Assembly (NCBI GenBank): GCA_040326155.1
Contig: JBEQLE010000019.1
Span: 1 to 60,637, forward strand
Direction of reading: 5' to 3'
Length of the DNA stretch: 60,637 nt
Source of the DNA: Leptospirales bacterium
GTDB lineage: Bacteria > Spirochaetota > Leptospiria > Turneriellales > JAOUFE01
Of the stretch, positions 9,884 to 18,511 are shown piece by piece (within the stretch, counting starts at the first letter, position 1; the number at the start of each line of letters is the position of its first letter). The notes beneath the pieces were generated by a model. The model saw nothing but the letters and a program-made list of their open reading frames with translations. It did no database searches and was not told the origin of the DNA. The position numbers were made by a program, and so were the translations under genes.

Positions 9884-11869
9884 ATGAATTTACTTTCGAT
9901 ACATGAAGCCGGAAAAGAGATTGCAGATAAACTTTTGTTTAAAGAGATCTCAATGGGGGTGGATGATCAGGATAAAATTGCCATCATCGGGGTAAACGGT
10001 AGCGGTAAAACTACTTTGTTAAAAATTCTGGCTGGGCTTGATCAGTTTGACGATGGCAAGTATGCAAAAAACAAAAGTCTGGTTTGCGGGTATTTGCAGC
10101 AAGATGTTGAATTTGAAGAGAACCAGTCTATACAAGAGTTTATTTTTGCCTCTGATAACCAGCGAATGAAGGTTTTAAGAGACCATCTATTGTTGACTAT
10201 AAAAATGGAAGATCTGGCTGATGATCAACATGAATCGAAAGAAGCGGTTGAACTTCAAAATAGATTAGAAAAACTGCAAGACCAGATGAATGAACTTGAT
10301 GTTTGGCAACTCGAAAGTGATGCCAAAGAGATTTTATTTCATTTGAATATACATGGTATGGCAACTCTGATGAGCGATCTTTCGGGTGGAATGGTAAGAA
10401 AAGTCGCCCTTGCCCGCCTATTCATTGAAGACAACAATTTACTTCTGCTTGATGAACCAACAAACCACCTTGACCTGGCCTCTATTGCCTGGCTTGAAAC
10501 CTACCTTATTAAAATTAAAAAAGCGATGATTATTATTACGCATGATCGCTATTTTTTAGATAATATTACGAATCATATACTTGAAATTGATAACCTTAAA
10601 ATAAATAAATTCAAAGGGAACTACTCTAACTTTCTCGAAAGAAAGGCGGAAATTGCCGTAATTGAACAACGAACACTTGCCAAACATAACAATATTTTAA
10701 CCAGAGAATTGGAATGGCTGAGCCGAATGCCGAAGGCCAGGGGAACGAAACAAAAAGCTCGTATACAAGCTATTGAAGAGCGAGTCGAAGTCGTTGCCAG
10801 TAAAAAGCCAAAGACCAAAATGGGCGGGTTTTATTCTGGTGCAGATCGACTCGGAAAAAAGATAATGGAGATTGTGAATATAACGAAATCCTTTCCTGCG
10901 AAGGGGCCAGGTAAATCTAAAATAAAAACAGAAAGTGTAACAGACGAAAAAAAACAGGAACTTATTTTTCCTGTTTTTAGTTATGAATTTCATAAAAAAG
11001 AACGCATTGCTATTATCGGAGATAACGGGGCCGGAAAAACAACTTTCCTGAAAATCCTTATGCAAGAAGTTGAACCGGACGCGGGTAAAGTAAGCCACGG
11101 TGTAAATACGAAAATTGGGTATCTTGCACAGGTAAACGCACCGATCGATGAAAATCTGACGGTGGTACACGCCGTGCGGGAAATTGCTAACTACATTGAG
11201 TTTGAAGACGGGAAAAAAATTACAGCGACCCAGTTGCTCGACAGGTTTTTGTTTACCGGTTCCAAACATGGCCAAAAAGTGAGTCGCCTATCGGGTGGGG
11301 AAAGACGTCGCCTCGAAATTATCCGTATTCTAATGACCAACCCTAACTTTTTAATTTTAGATGAACCTACAAACGACCTCGACTTACAAACTCTGAGTTT
11401 ATTCGAAGAGTACCTGTTGGAGTTTCCCGGCTGTCTCATTGTTGTATCTCATGATCGTTATTTTCTGGACAAATTAGCGGATACTCTGCTTGTTTTTGAA
11501 AAAGGCGAACCCATACAAAAAATAAATGGAATTTGCAGTGACTATCTTTATCAGAAGAATAACCGTACTTCTAAAAGTAAAAACTCCCCGAGTTTAGAAA
11601 ACCAAAGCAATGCAAATGAAAGCTACGCCTCTACAGAGGCAAAAAAAAAACCAGGCAATAATAAAGTAAAACTTTCGTACAAACAAGAGCGGCGAAAAAC
11701 TGAAATAGAAAAAGAGATTCCACAGCTTGAAGGTCGACTAAAAGAACTCGATGCAAAACTAAATTCCGGTGAGAGTGACGCGCAAAAACTCGATGAGTGG
11801 TATAAAGAACACTCTTTAAAAGAGAACCTCTTGTTAGAGTTGATGGGAGAGCTGGAAAACTTCAGTTAA
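9884..11869 (+). CDS. ABC-F family ATPase (Uup/YfmR-like)
   Basis: Two ABC domains (GVNGSGKT, LSGG, LLDEPTNHLD; GDNGAGKT, LSGGE, LDEPTNDLD), no TM segments, C-terminal coiled coil KLSYKQER. Confidence 0.92.
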   Translation: MNLLSIHEAGKEIADKLLFKEISMGVDDQDKIAIIGVNGSGKTTLLKILAGLDQFDDGKYAKNKSLVCGYLQQDVEFEENQSIQEFIFASDNQRMKVLRDHLLLTIKMEDLADDQHESKEAVELQNRLEKLQDQMNELDVWQLESDAKEILFHLNIHGMATLMSDLSGGMVRKVALARLFIEDNNLLLLDEPTNHLDLASIAWLETYLIKIKKAMIIITHDRYFLDNITNHILEIDNLKINKFKGNYSNFLERKAEIAVIEQRTLAKHNNILTRELEWLSRMPKARGTKQKARIQAIEERVEVVASKKPKTKMGGFYSGADRLGKKIMEIVNITKSFPAKGPGKSKIKTESVTDEKKQELIFPVFSYEFHKKERIAIIGDNGAGKTTFLKILMQEVEPDAGKVSHGVNTKIGYLAQVNAPIDENLTVVHAVREIANYIEFEDGKKITATQLLDRFLFTGSKHGQKVSRLSGGERRRLEIIRILMTNPNFLILDEPTNDLDLQTLSLFEEYLLEFPGCLIVVSHDRYFLDKLADTLLVFEKGEPIQKINGICSDYLYQKNNRTSKSKNSPSLENQSNANESYASTEAKKKPGNNKVKLSYKQERRKTEIEKEIPQLEGRLKELDAKLNSGESDAQKLDEWYKEHSLKENLLLELMGELENFS

Positions 11870-11908
11870 CATAAACAGGTTTTTCTTTTGCGGACCCCTT
11901 TTTTCGAA

Positions 11909-13399
11909 CTACTTGCCTCGTTTACGATGTTTCATCCAGTCTGGAACAGGAGAAGTTTTGCCATCTTTTTTGCCTGAACTTATAGTCGGTTTTTTTACTT
12001 CTTTCTCGGGCTTATTTACGGGTACAACTTTTTTGGGTGCCGGTGACGAAACAGCAGGAGTTGGTGCGGGTGCAACTGCACCAACTCTTGGTGTTACAAC
12101 GGGCTGAGTTTTTGCCGTTTTACTTTCCTCTTCATCCATCTCTTTATTTTTATATTGGTATGTACCGGTGCCTTCGTCTTCGTAGATTAAATCTATCATC
12201 GATTTTTTTAATTTATTAAAAAGCCCTGGCTGTGTTCCGGTTTCAGATTCGGGCGATTCACCCGCTTCATCATCGTCGTCATCATCAAAAAAGAAACTTG
12301 TAACAACATTCCATGTTCCCGCATTTTCAGTGACATCTCGCTCCGGCTCAGGGTTTACATTTTCATTCACCGGTATTACTGCGCTTTCGTCTTGTTCGTA
12401 TGCATCGACCTCATCTGTAGTCAGCGAAACTACTTTTGAAATAATTGAAGTATATTCTGTTTCAGGCGCAGTCGCTTCTGTCATACGCAACCAGTTCATA
12501 ATCGATTCGTCCTCGGAAATCGATTTTACAGCGTCAATTTCTAAAGGATTCAGTTTACACGCTTTTTTTAATAAATTAGCAAGAGCTACCGTATGCAAAT
12601 TTGAAGATGCCAGACCCGCTTTTATTATTTTCGATTTGGATGGCGCCCGATAATCGGCTTCTTTTAAAATAAGTCTTTTATCTCCACTATGCTCTTTCCA
12701 TAAAGTAGAATCAATAATCGAAAGTTGAAACAGTACGGACAATAAAGAGAAATTATCTATGGTAGAACCAAAATCAGTCGCACCTCTTTTGGGATGTTGA
12801 TAATCTGCCAGACCTTTTTCATTTGCTTTTTCTCCCTCAAGAGCGGGTACAAACATTCCATCGTAATCGATGAGATGAATGCGCCCATCGCTCAATACCA
12901 GTAGATTTCCCTCTTGAAAATCACCATGGCCCATGTTCCACTCTTGTAAAGTTTTCGTGAGTGAAAACAAGTTGCCGGCAAAAATAGGCGCCTTCGTGCT
13001 GTCATTTTCTTGAAGGTATTCGCCTATGGCACTGTTTAACGCAAGCCCCCCGCCCCACTCCATGACGACTACAGGAAAATATTCTTTACCAACTTTTAAC
13101 CCGTCTTGAACGTATTGAAAGTCCACCATAAAGGGAAATTTTGTAATTTGTAATGTGTCATGTAGCGCCTTGTATCTTTGCGCTCTTCCTTTTGCGTCTC
13201 GTGTAAAAACTTTGAGGGCATACTGGTTTTCATTTTTATCTTTAAATTTGAATACTGCTCCAAAACCTCCGACAGACATGTAAGGTTTGCCTCGGGAATT
13301 TAAAAATATTTGCATGGAATTGCTTTTAAAAAACGGAATATTTATATTCTCCGTATCGGATATTGCAGCAAGATAAGTGCGTAAAGCCGGGTATTGCAT
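11909..13399 (-). CDS. Ser/Thr protein kinase (TerY-P-triad type) with a long acidic/Pro-rich disordered tail
   Basis: GGFGAVF, YALKVF, VVMEW, HGDFQEGN, IDYDG and YQHP motifs; ATG directly abuts the phosphatase stop codon. Confidence 0.85.
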   Translation of the reverse strand: MQYPALRTYLAAISDTENINIPFFKSNSMQIFLNSRGKPYMSVGGFGAVFKFKDKNENQYALKVFTRDAKGRAQRYKALHDTLQITKFPFMVDFQYVQDGLKVGKEYFPVVVMEWGGGLALNSAIGEYLQENDSTKAPIFAGNLFSLTKTLQEWNMGHGDFQEGNLLVLSDGRIHLIDYDGMFVPALEGEKANEKGLADYQHPKRGATDFGSTIDNFSLLSVLFQLSIIDSTLWKEHSGDKRLILKEADYRAPSKSKIIKAGLASSNLHTVALANLLKKACKLNPLEIDAVKSISEDESIMNWLRMTEATAPETEYTSIISKVVSLTTDEVDAYEQDESAVIPVNENVNPEPERDVTENAGTWNVVTSFFFDDDDDDEAGESPESETGTQPGLFNKLKKSMIDLIYEDEGTGTYQYKNKEMDEEESKTAKTQPVVTPRVGAVAPAPTPAVSSPAPKKVVPVNKPEKEVKKPTISSGKKDGKTSPVPDWMKHRKRGK

Positions 13400-14146
13400 T
13401 TATTTTTTAGCCTCCAGTATGCAGATGGTTACATCATCATTATGCATTCCACCTTTTGTTCTGTAGTAATCCATTAAACGACGAAACTGCTGGTTGTTTT
13501 TACACATTCGCACTCGTTCCAAAATTTTGTGACCAAGTTTATGTTCCTCATCTTGTTTCAACAGGAACTCGGCAAATGCATCTGTCGCATAAACGATGGT
13601 ATCATCTAATGAGGCGGTAAATTTATCATGTCTTAAACTAAAGGGAGTTTTAGCCTGGTGCTTTTCGCTAGAACGAACTAAATCTGGTATATTCCCAAAA
13701 TCAGCTGATTCTTTATACGGAAAGAGTTGTTTTAGCTCACCCGTTTTATTAAAAATAAACAGACAGACATCTCCAACAGCGTAATTGTTTATTTTAAAAC
13801 GACTGCTAAACAGACCCGTAACTTTTTCTACAAAAGAAGCCAGCACGGTTGCATAGGAACCTTCGAGTAAAAATTTACGTTGAGCCGATGGCCTAGTAAT
13901 TTCGGGTTGAAACGAAGTTCTTAACGATTGTAAACCATTTAAAAAATCTTCTGAAGAATCTAAAAATGCCGTGTCAAAAAACCCCGTAATATGGTCTGAC
14001 CAGTTTCGAGAAAACACTCCGGTGCTGGCCCCGTCTGACATTGTAATTAACGCCTGGTTGGAACTAATTTTTTTTACCAATACCGAGTCTTCATTCTTAT
14101 CGTCCGGAAGGCCCGATTTTGGGGTTTCAAACAGTTGGTATTCCAC
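13400..14146 (-). CDS. PP2C-family protein phosphatase
   Basis: NEDS, SDGAS, VGDVCLF, ATDAF and DDVT metal-binding motifs. Confidence 0.85.
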   Translation of the reverse strand: MEYQLFETPKSGLPDDKNEDSVLVKKISSNQALITMSDGASTGVFSRNWSDHITGFFDTAFLDSSEDFLNGLQSLRTSFQPEITRPSAQRKFLLEGSYATVLASFVEKVTGLFSSRFKINNYAVGDVCLFIFNKTGELKQLFPYKESADFGNIPDLVRSSEKHQAKTPFSLRHDKFTASLDDTIVYATDAFAEFLLKQDEEHKLGHKILERVRMCKNNQQFRRLMDYYRTKGGMHNDDVTICILEAKK

Positions 14147-14166
14147 TGTTATATTCCAGGTTGAAT

Positions 14167-14946
14167 TTAACCGATTAGACGGGTTCCAATATCAAAGAAT
14201 TTCGAAAGATCATCTGGCTGAGCATTGAACATATAACCCCTGGCCCCCGGTTGAACTGCCGGATAAATTTCTTTCGCTCTTTGTAAAAACGAGTCTGGCA
14301 AAACAGATGACATATTAAAAAGTCCTTTCTGGTGATCCGAACTGGTTGGTTCAATTTCAGGAAAGGTAAGTTTATCATCAGAAGTATCACTAATGTGAAT
14401 ATTTAATATAACAACGTTGCCATCATCCGTAAAAATGTTTTCCTGCATTTGCTGAACAAATTCAACCGGCGAACCCGTTGTCCACTCCCCATCGCTGACA
14501 TGAATTAATACAGGTGGAAAGTTACTTTTATGACCATCTATCCAGTCCAATAAAAGTTCAGAAGCATATTCAAAACCTGACTTCATGTCAGTATTTGTCT
14601 CTCTGGTCGGATCTTTAATCCAAATGGGTCGGTCAATTTTTACACCGTCCATTTCTGTAGAGATCATCTCTGTTGGGTTTTCTGCTACCTGCAAGATCGA
14701 TTGAATTGGCATAAGTTCGTATTTACCTTCACCGTAACCTAGAATTCCAACTTCAAAATAACTGCGCAATTCATCACCTTTTTCACAAGATAATACAAGT
14801 TGGTCCAGACTTTCATTGGCGATTTTTGCCAGATACTCGCCTTTCGTCAATCCAGTATCGCCATATTTTTCTGACATGGAATAAGAACAATCAAATAAAA
14901 ATAAAATTAACGTTGGATTTTCTCGACTGATTTCTGCTGTGTACAT
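14167..14946 (-). CDS. vWA-domain protein (TerY-like)
   Basis: MIDAS DCSYS, T (TDM) and SDGE; AEISRENPT N-terminus; FFDIGT C-terminus; GGGAG RBS. Confidence 0.85.
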   Translation of the reverse strand: MYTAEISRENPTLILFLFDCSYSMSEKYGDTGLTKGEYLAKIANESLDQLVLSCEKGDELRSYFEVGILGYGEGKYELMPIQSILQVAENPTEMISTEMDGVKIDRPIWIKDPTRETNTDMKSGFEYASELLLDWIDGHKSNFPPVLIHVSDGEWTTGSPVEFVQQMQENIFTDDGNVVILNIHISDTSDDKLTFPEIEPTSSDHQKGLFNMSSVLPDSFLQRAKEIYPAVQPGARGYMFNAQPDDLSKFFDIGTRLIG

Positions 14947-14993
14947 TATAATCTCCCTTCTTATACTAATTTTTTAAATAATTTCAGTTCAAC

Positions 14994-16016
14994 TTAATTG
15001 CTGTTTTTCCACTCATTCATTATATCCAGATAACTCGATTTTCTCTCTTTTTTGAGTGTACTTTTAATTTTCGATACAGGAACCCCTTTTAATAAATCTC
15101 CTTTATCTTTATTAGAGATAATAGAGGAGTTTTCTTTTTCCCAGGTTTCCAATAACTCCAAGCCTTCCATTTCAAACATATTATTTTCAAGGTCAATACC
15201 CTCAATAAATTTTTCTGAAACTTCAAGAAAGTATTCAATTTCACCGATTCTACGTCCGGTCTCTTGAACTACAAAGTCCATGGCCTGGTTAAAAAGTTCC
15301 TCTTCAGATACGTTATTAAATACTCCCATAGCGCCTTTAATAGCTGAATGTCCCGCTTTAATCGCTTTAAACTCGGCTACTCGCGTAACAATTTCGTCGT
15401 CCAGGTCTTCTATAAAAAATGCCACATTTTCAGATACTTTTTTAAGGACCTCATAAAGCTTATTCATGCGGTCTGCGACTTCGCTCAGACTTTTATTAAA
15501 GTTTTGTTTTCTTCCGGCTTTACGCACGGCAAGAACTACTTGTTGGTTTTGCCCACTCTTTTGTGCGGCAACGGCCATTTTCTGACTTTTGTTGATCGCA
15601 TTTTGATTTTCTTTAATGATGCTGTTAATTTTGCCTATTTCACCTTTCAGATTTCCTACTTGCGCATTAATCGCGCCTTCTTTATCACGCATTTCAGACA
15701 AGTAATTCTTTAAAATACCGATGGGGTCTATGGTAACAAAGATACCCGTTAAGAATCTGATAATCGATTTATAAACACCGGATACCAGAGTTCGCGTTCT
15801 CTTATCAAAAACGATATACAATACCGCGGCTATGGTTACAAAAAGTAAAATTGTGTGCAGTGTATTTTGCAACAATCCGACTATCCATTGAATATTTACT
15901 ACAAAGAAAAAGCCAATGACAGCTAAAATGGCCACAATGCCAACCTTGCCAACTTGTCCTTCTGTTTTTTGCCAAAATGATTTCGGACTGAATTCTGATA
16001 ACTTTGATAAATCCAT
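14994..16016 (-). CDS. Membrane-anchored coiled-coil protein, PspA/IM30 (ESCRT-III)-like
   Basis: Two N-terminal TM segments, then DPIGILKNYLSEMR and A.AAQKSG....LA.R helical-hairpin pattern resembling PspA; GAGGGG RBS. Confidence 0.65.
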   Translation of the reverse strand: MDLSKLSEFSPKSFWQKTEGQVGKVGIVAILAVIGFFFVVNIQWIVGLLQNTLHTILLFVTIAAVLYIVFDKRTRTLVSGVYKSIIRFLTGIFVTIDPIGILKNYLSEMRDKEGAINAQVGNLKGEIGKINSIIKENQNAINKSQKMAVAAQKSGQNQQVVLAVRKAGRKQNFNKSLSEVADRMNKLYEVLKKVSENVAFFIEDLDDEIVTRVAEFKAIKAGHSAIKGAMGVFNNVSEEELFNQAMDFVVQETGRRIGEIEYFLEVSEKFIEGIDLENNMFEMEGLELLETWEKENSSIISNKDKGDLLKGVPVSKIKSTLKKERKSSYLDIMNEWKNSN

Positions 16017-16031
16017 ATTTCCCCTCTACAG

Positions 16032-16778
16032 TTATAGTGTTTTTAATTTTTCAAATAATTCGTTAAAATCTGAAGTAGCTTCGTTAAATGCTTTTTGAAA
16101 AGCGGCATTTACATTTTGAATTTGCTTTTCCGCTTTTTCGACGTTTACACCCAGGTCTACTTTTTGTTGCTCTAAGTTTTCTATATCTTGCTGGTTCTGT
16201 AATATCAATCGGTTTTTTTCTTCCATTTGCCGATCTATATCGCCACCCACTCTTTTAGGTTCCGATATGTTTTGCTTTTGAAAATCTTCGAGGTCTTGAT
16301 CGAAAGATTGTTTTTGGCTGTTTAAGACTGAATTATAGTGCTGAAAATTAGATATTAGAATATTTTTATCGACTCGCATCGTTTCAGCTGATGTAAGCGC
16401 AGTGCTTAACGCCTCCGCCTCTGATTTCCCGTTTGATAAAAACTTTTTATATAAAGAATGAAATTCGTAAAGGTCAAACCCCGGAAGGTTTGCAGCCTCA
16501 ATGGCCCTTTGCAGACTTTCGCAAAATTTTTGATACACCTCATCGTCATTTGGAACATGAGTGCGCGGCGTGTAGTGGCTCGAAGTTGTATTCGACGCAG
16601 CTGGCGTTGCTAAAGTCGTGTTTTGGTTTTTGGGGTTTGTGTTTGCTGTGCTCCCGATGTTGCCGGTGTTGGCAGGGGGCGCAGAAGCAGTTGTAGAAGC
16701 AGCCGATTGACGCGAAGGTTTTGGTCGCGCATGATCTTCTTCATAAAAGACATTGACTATTTTATTAAATATACCCAT
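16032..16778 (-). CDS. Hypothetical coiled-coil protein with amphipathic N-terminus and S/T/A/N-rich linker
   Basis: MGIFNKIVNVFYEE N-terminus, low-complexity linker, NLPGFDLYEF motif, C-terminal heptads. Confidence 0.75.
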   Translation of the reverse strand: MGIFNKIVNVFYEEDHARPKPSRQSAASTTASAPPANTGNIGSTANTNPKNQNTTLATPAASNTTSSHYTPRTHVPNDDEVYQKFCESLQRAIEAANLPGFDLYEFHSLYKKFLSNGKSEAEALSTALTSAETMRVDKNILISNFQHYNSVLNSQKQSFDQDLEDFQKQNISEPKRVGGDIDRQMEEKNRLILQNQQDIENLEQQKVDLGVNVEKAEKQIQNVNAAFQKAFNEATSDFNELFEKLKTL

Positions 16779-16822
16779 ATTATAATTCCCATTGCATATT
16801 TAGAAGCTCGTTATTAGGAAAA

Positions 16823-17653
16823 CTAAATATTATCAAATTTATCCTCAAGTGTATTAATAAGGCGTTGGAAGCTAGCGAGTTCGCGAATATTGGATTGCCA
16901 CGCAATTCCCTGGTCAATTAAATTCATATGTTCCAGAAAATGACCGGGACGAACCACTTCGCCCGCTGCGTTAAATTCACGCCCTAAAATATGGACAAAA
17001 TCGGCGACCTGAACTCCGGCGCTTATATCGTGCGTTGTAAAAAGTATGGTTTGAAATTCATGTGAAGCAGCCAGCTCTCGAATCAGTTCTATGACCTTAT
17101 GCAAAGCTTTCGGGTCTAAGCCAGAAAACGGCTCATCCATTATAATGAACATTCGTTTGACCATCACCTGTTGTAATATCGCAATTCGTTGTCTTTGACC
17201 GCCAGATAGTTGTTTGGGCCAAAAGTTAAACCAGTTGGCAAGTCCAAACCGATCAAGCAGTTCCATCGACTTGTCTTTTGCTTCTGCTTTACTTAAACCG
17301 GCGGTTTTTCCGCCCAATATCAGGTTATCAAGTACTGAAAGGTGTTCAAATAAAGGATAGTGTTGGCCGACAACTCCGACATCGCCTGCTTTTACCGGAT
17401 GCAAGGTTTCTCCATCTGCGGCAATTAACACTTCGCCGGAATCGGGTTCAAGCAAACCTGCCATAATACGAAAAAGCAGCGTTTTACCCACACCGCTTGG
17501 TCCCAGAATACAACGAATTTGACCTCGTACTTTTCCCGGTTCTACAATATCTTTTATTTCAAGATTAATATTATCAAGTATAAGATGCGGTCCAAACGCA
17601 AGATTTACGTTGCTTATATGCATCAATGTATTTGTTTCTTTGTACTTAGGCAT
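16823..17653 (-). CDS. ABC transporter ATP-binding protein (SsuB/TauB/NrtD-like)
   Basis: GPSGVGKT, LSGGQRQR, MDEPFSGLD and THD motifs; start placed at ATG 17653. Confidence 0.9.
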   Translation of the reverse strand: MPKYKETNTLMHISNVNLAFGPHLILDNINLEIKDIVEPGKVRGQIRCILGPSGVGKTLLFRIMAGLLEPDSGEVLIAADGETLHPVKAGDVGVVGQHYPLFEHLSVLDNLILGGKTAGLSKAEAKDKSMELLDRFGLANWFNFWPKQLSGGQRQRIAILQQVMVKRMFIIMDEPFSGLDPKALHKVIELIRELAASHEFQTILFTTHDISAGVQVADFVHILGREFNAAGEVVRPGHFLEHMNLIDQGIAWQSNIRELASFQRLINTLEDKFDNI

Positions 17654-17669
17654 AATAATATCTTTTATC

Positions 17670-18458
17670 CTAATGTTTCTCCGAAATTGCATGCGGAGTA
17701 ATTATTTTTTTCATCGTTTTTAAGAATATATCTTGAAAAATACCTATGGCAAGTATGCAAAATATAATAGCTAATACTTCGCCACGATCAAAGTGTTTAT
17801 TTGAGTTCCACAATAAATCGCCAATGCCACCCGATTTTACAATACCCTCTACGGCTGTAATCATCATCCAGCCAATAGCGGCGTTTTGTCGCAACGTTTC
17901 GAGCATCTGGTCAGCAGTTCCGCGAATGACAACCTGCCAGACAATCTGTCCTTTCGAAAGGCCAAGAGATCGTGCGTAATCGAGTTTCGATTCAGGAATT
18001 TCCTGAACGATGGAATACATCGATGTTAAATAGAAAACGGTAATTCCAAATGTCAATAAAGCGACTTTCATTTCGAACCCGAGTCCAAAAAGTTCAATAA
18101 AAATAAAATTCAAACCAAGTAGTCCCAGAAATCGCCCTTTGGATATGGCAAAAGCAATCGGTCGCCAAAAGGGAAAGATCGAAAGGTAGCTGGTTATAAG
18201 CGTTAACGTGATGGTACTGGCAAGGGCCACCAGGTTCAGTTGCAAACTTTGCCCAATATCAACTGCAAGCCCTTTTTCAAACCACAATACGCCTAAACTT
18301 TCAAATATTTCAGAGAAAGGGCGAATTGCCACACCTGCTGCGCTTTCCCAGAGAATTACAAAAAGAAGAATATACAATGCGTACAAACCATACTTCACCT
18401 GTACGGGTAAATCTCCTTTAATAGTAACGAGGCTGCTTAATTGTTTTTTTATATCCAT
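17670..18458 (-). CDS. ABC transporter permease (SsuC/TauC-like)
   Basis: Multiple TM helices, EAA-like DYARSLGLS motif and GW.MI..VE....GGIG pattern. Confidence 0.85.
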   Translation of the reverse strand: MDIKKQLSSLVTIKGDLPVQVKYGLYALYILLFVILWESAAGVAIRPFSEIFESLGVLWFEKGLAVDIGQSLQLNLVALASTITLTLITSYLSIFPFWRPIAFAISKGRFLGLLGLNFIFIELFGLGFEMKVALLTFGITVFYLTSMYSIVQEIPESKLDYARSLGLSKGQIVWQVVIRGTADQMLETLRQNAAIGWMMITAVEGIVKSGGIGDLLWNSNKHFDRGEVLAIIFCILAIGIFQDIFLKTMKKIITPHAISEKH

Positions 18459-18511
18459 GTTTATGTTTTCATGTTTTTGGTCTTATATTTTGGCTTAATA
18501 CAGCAACTCAA

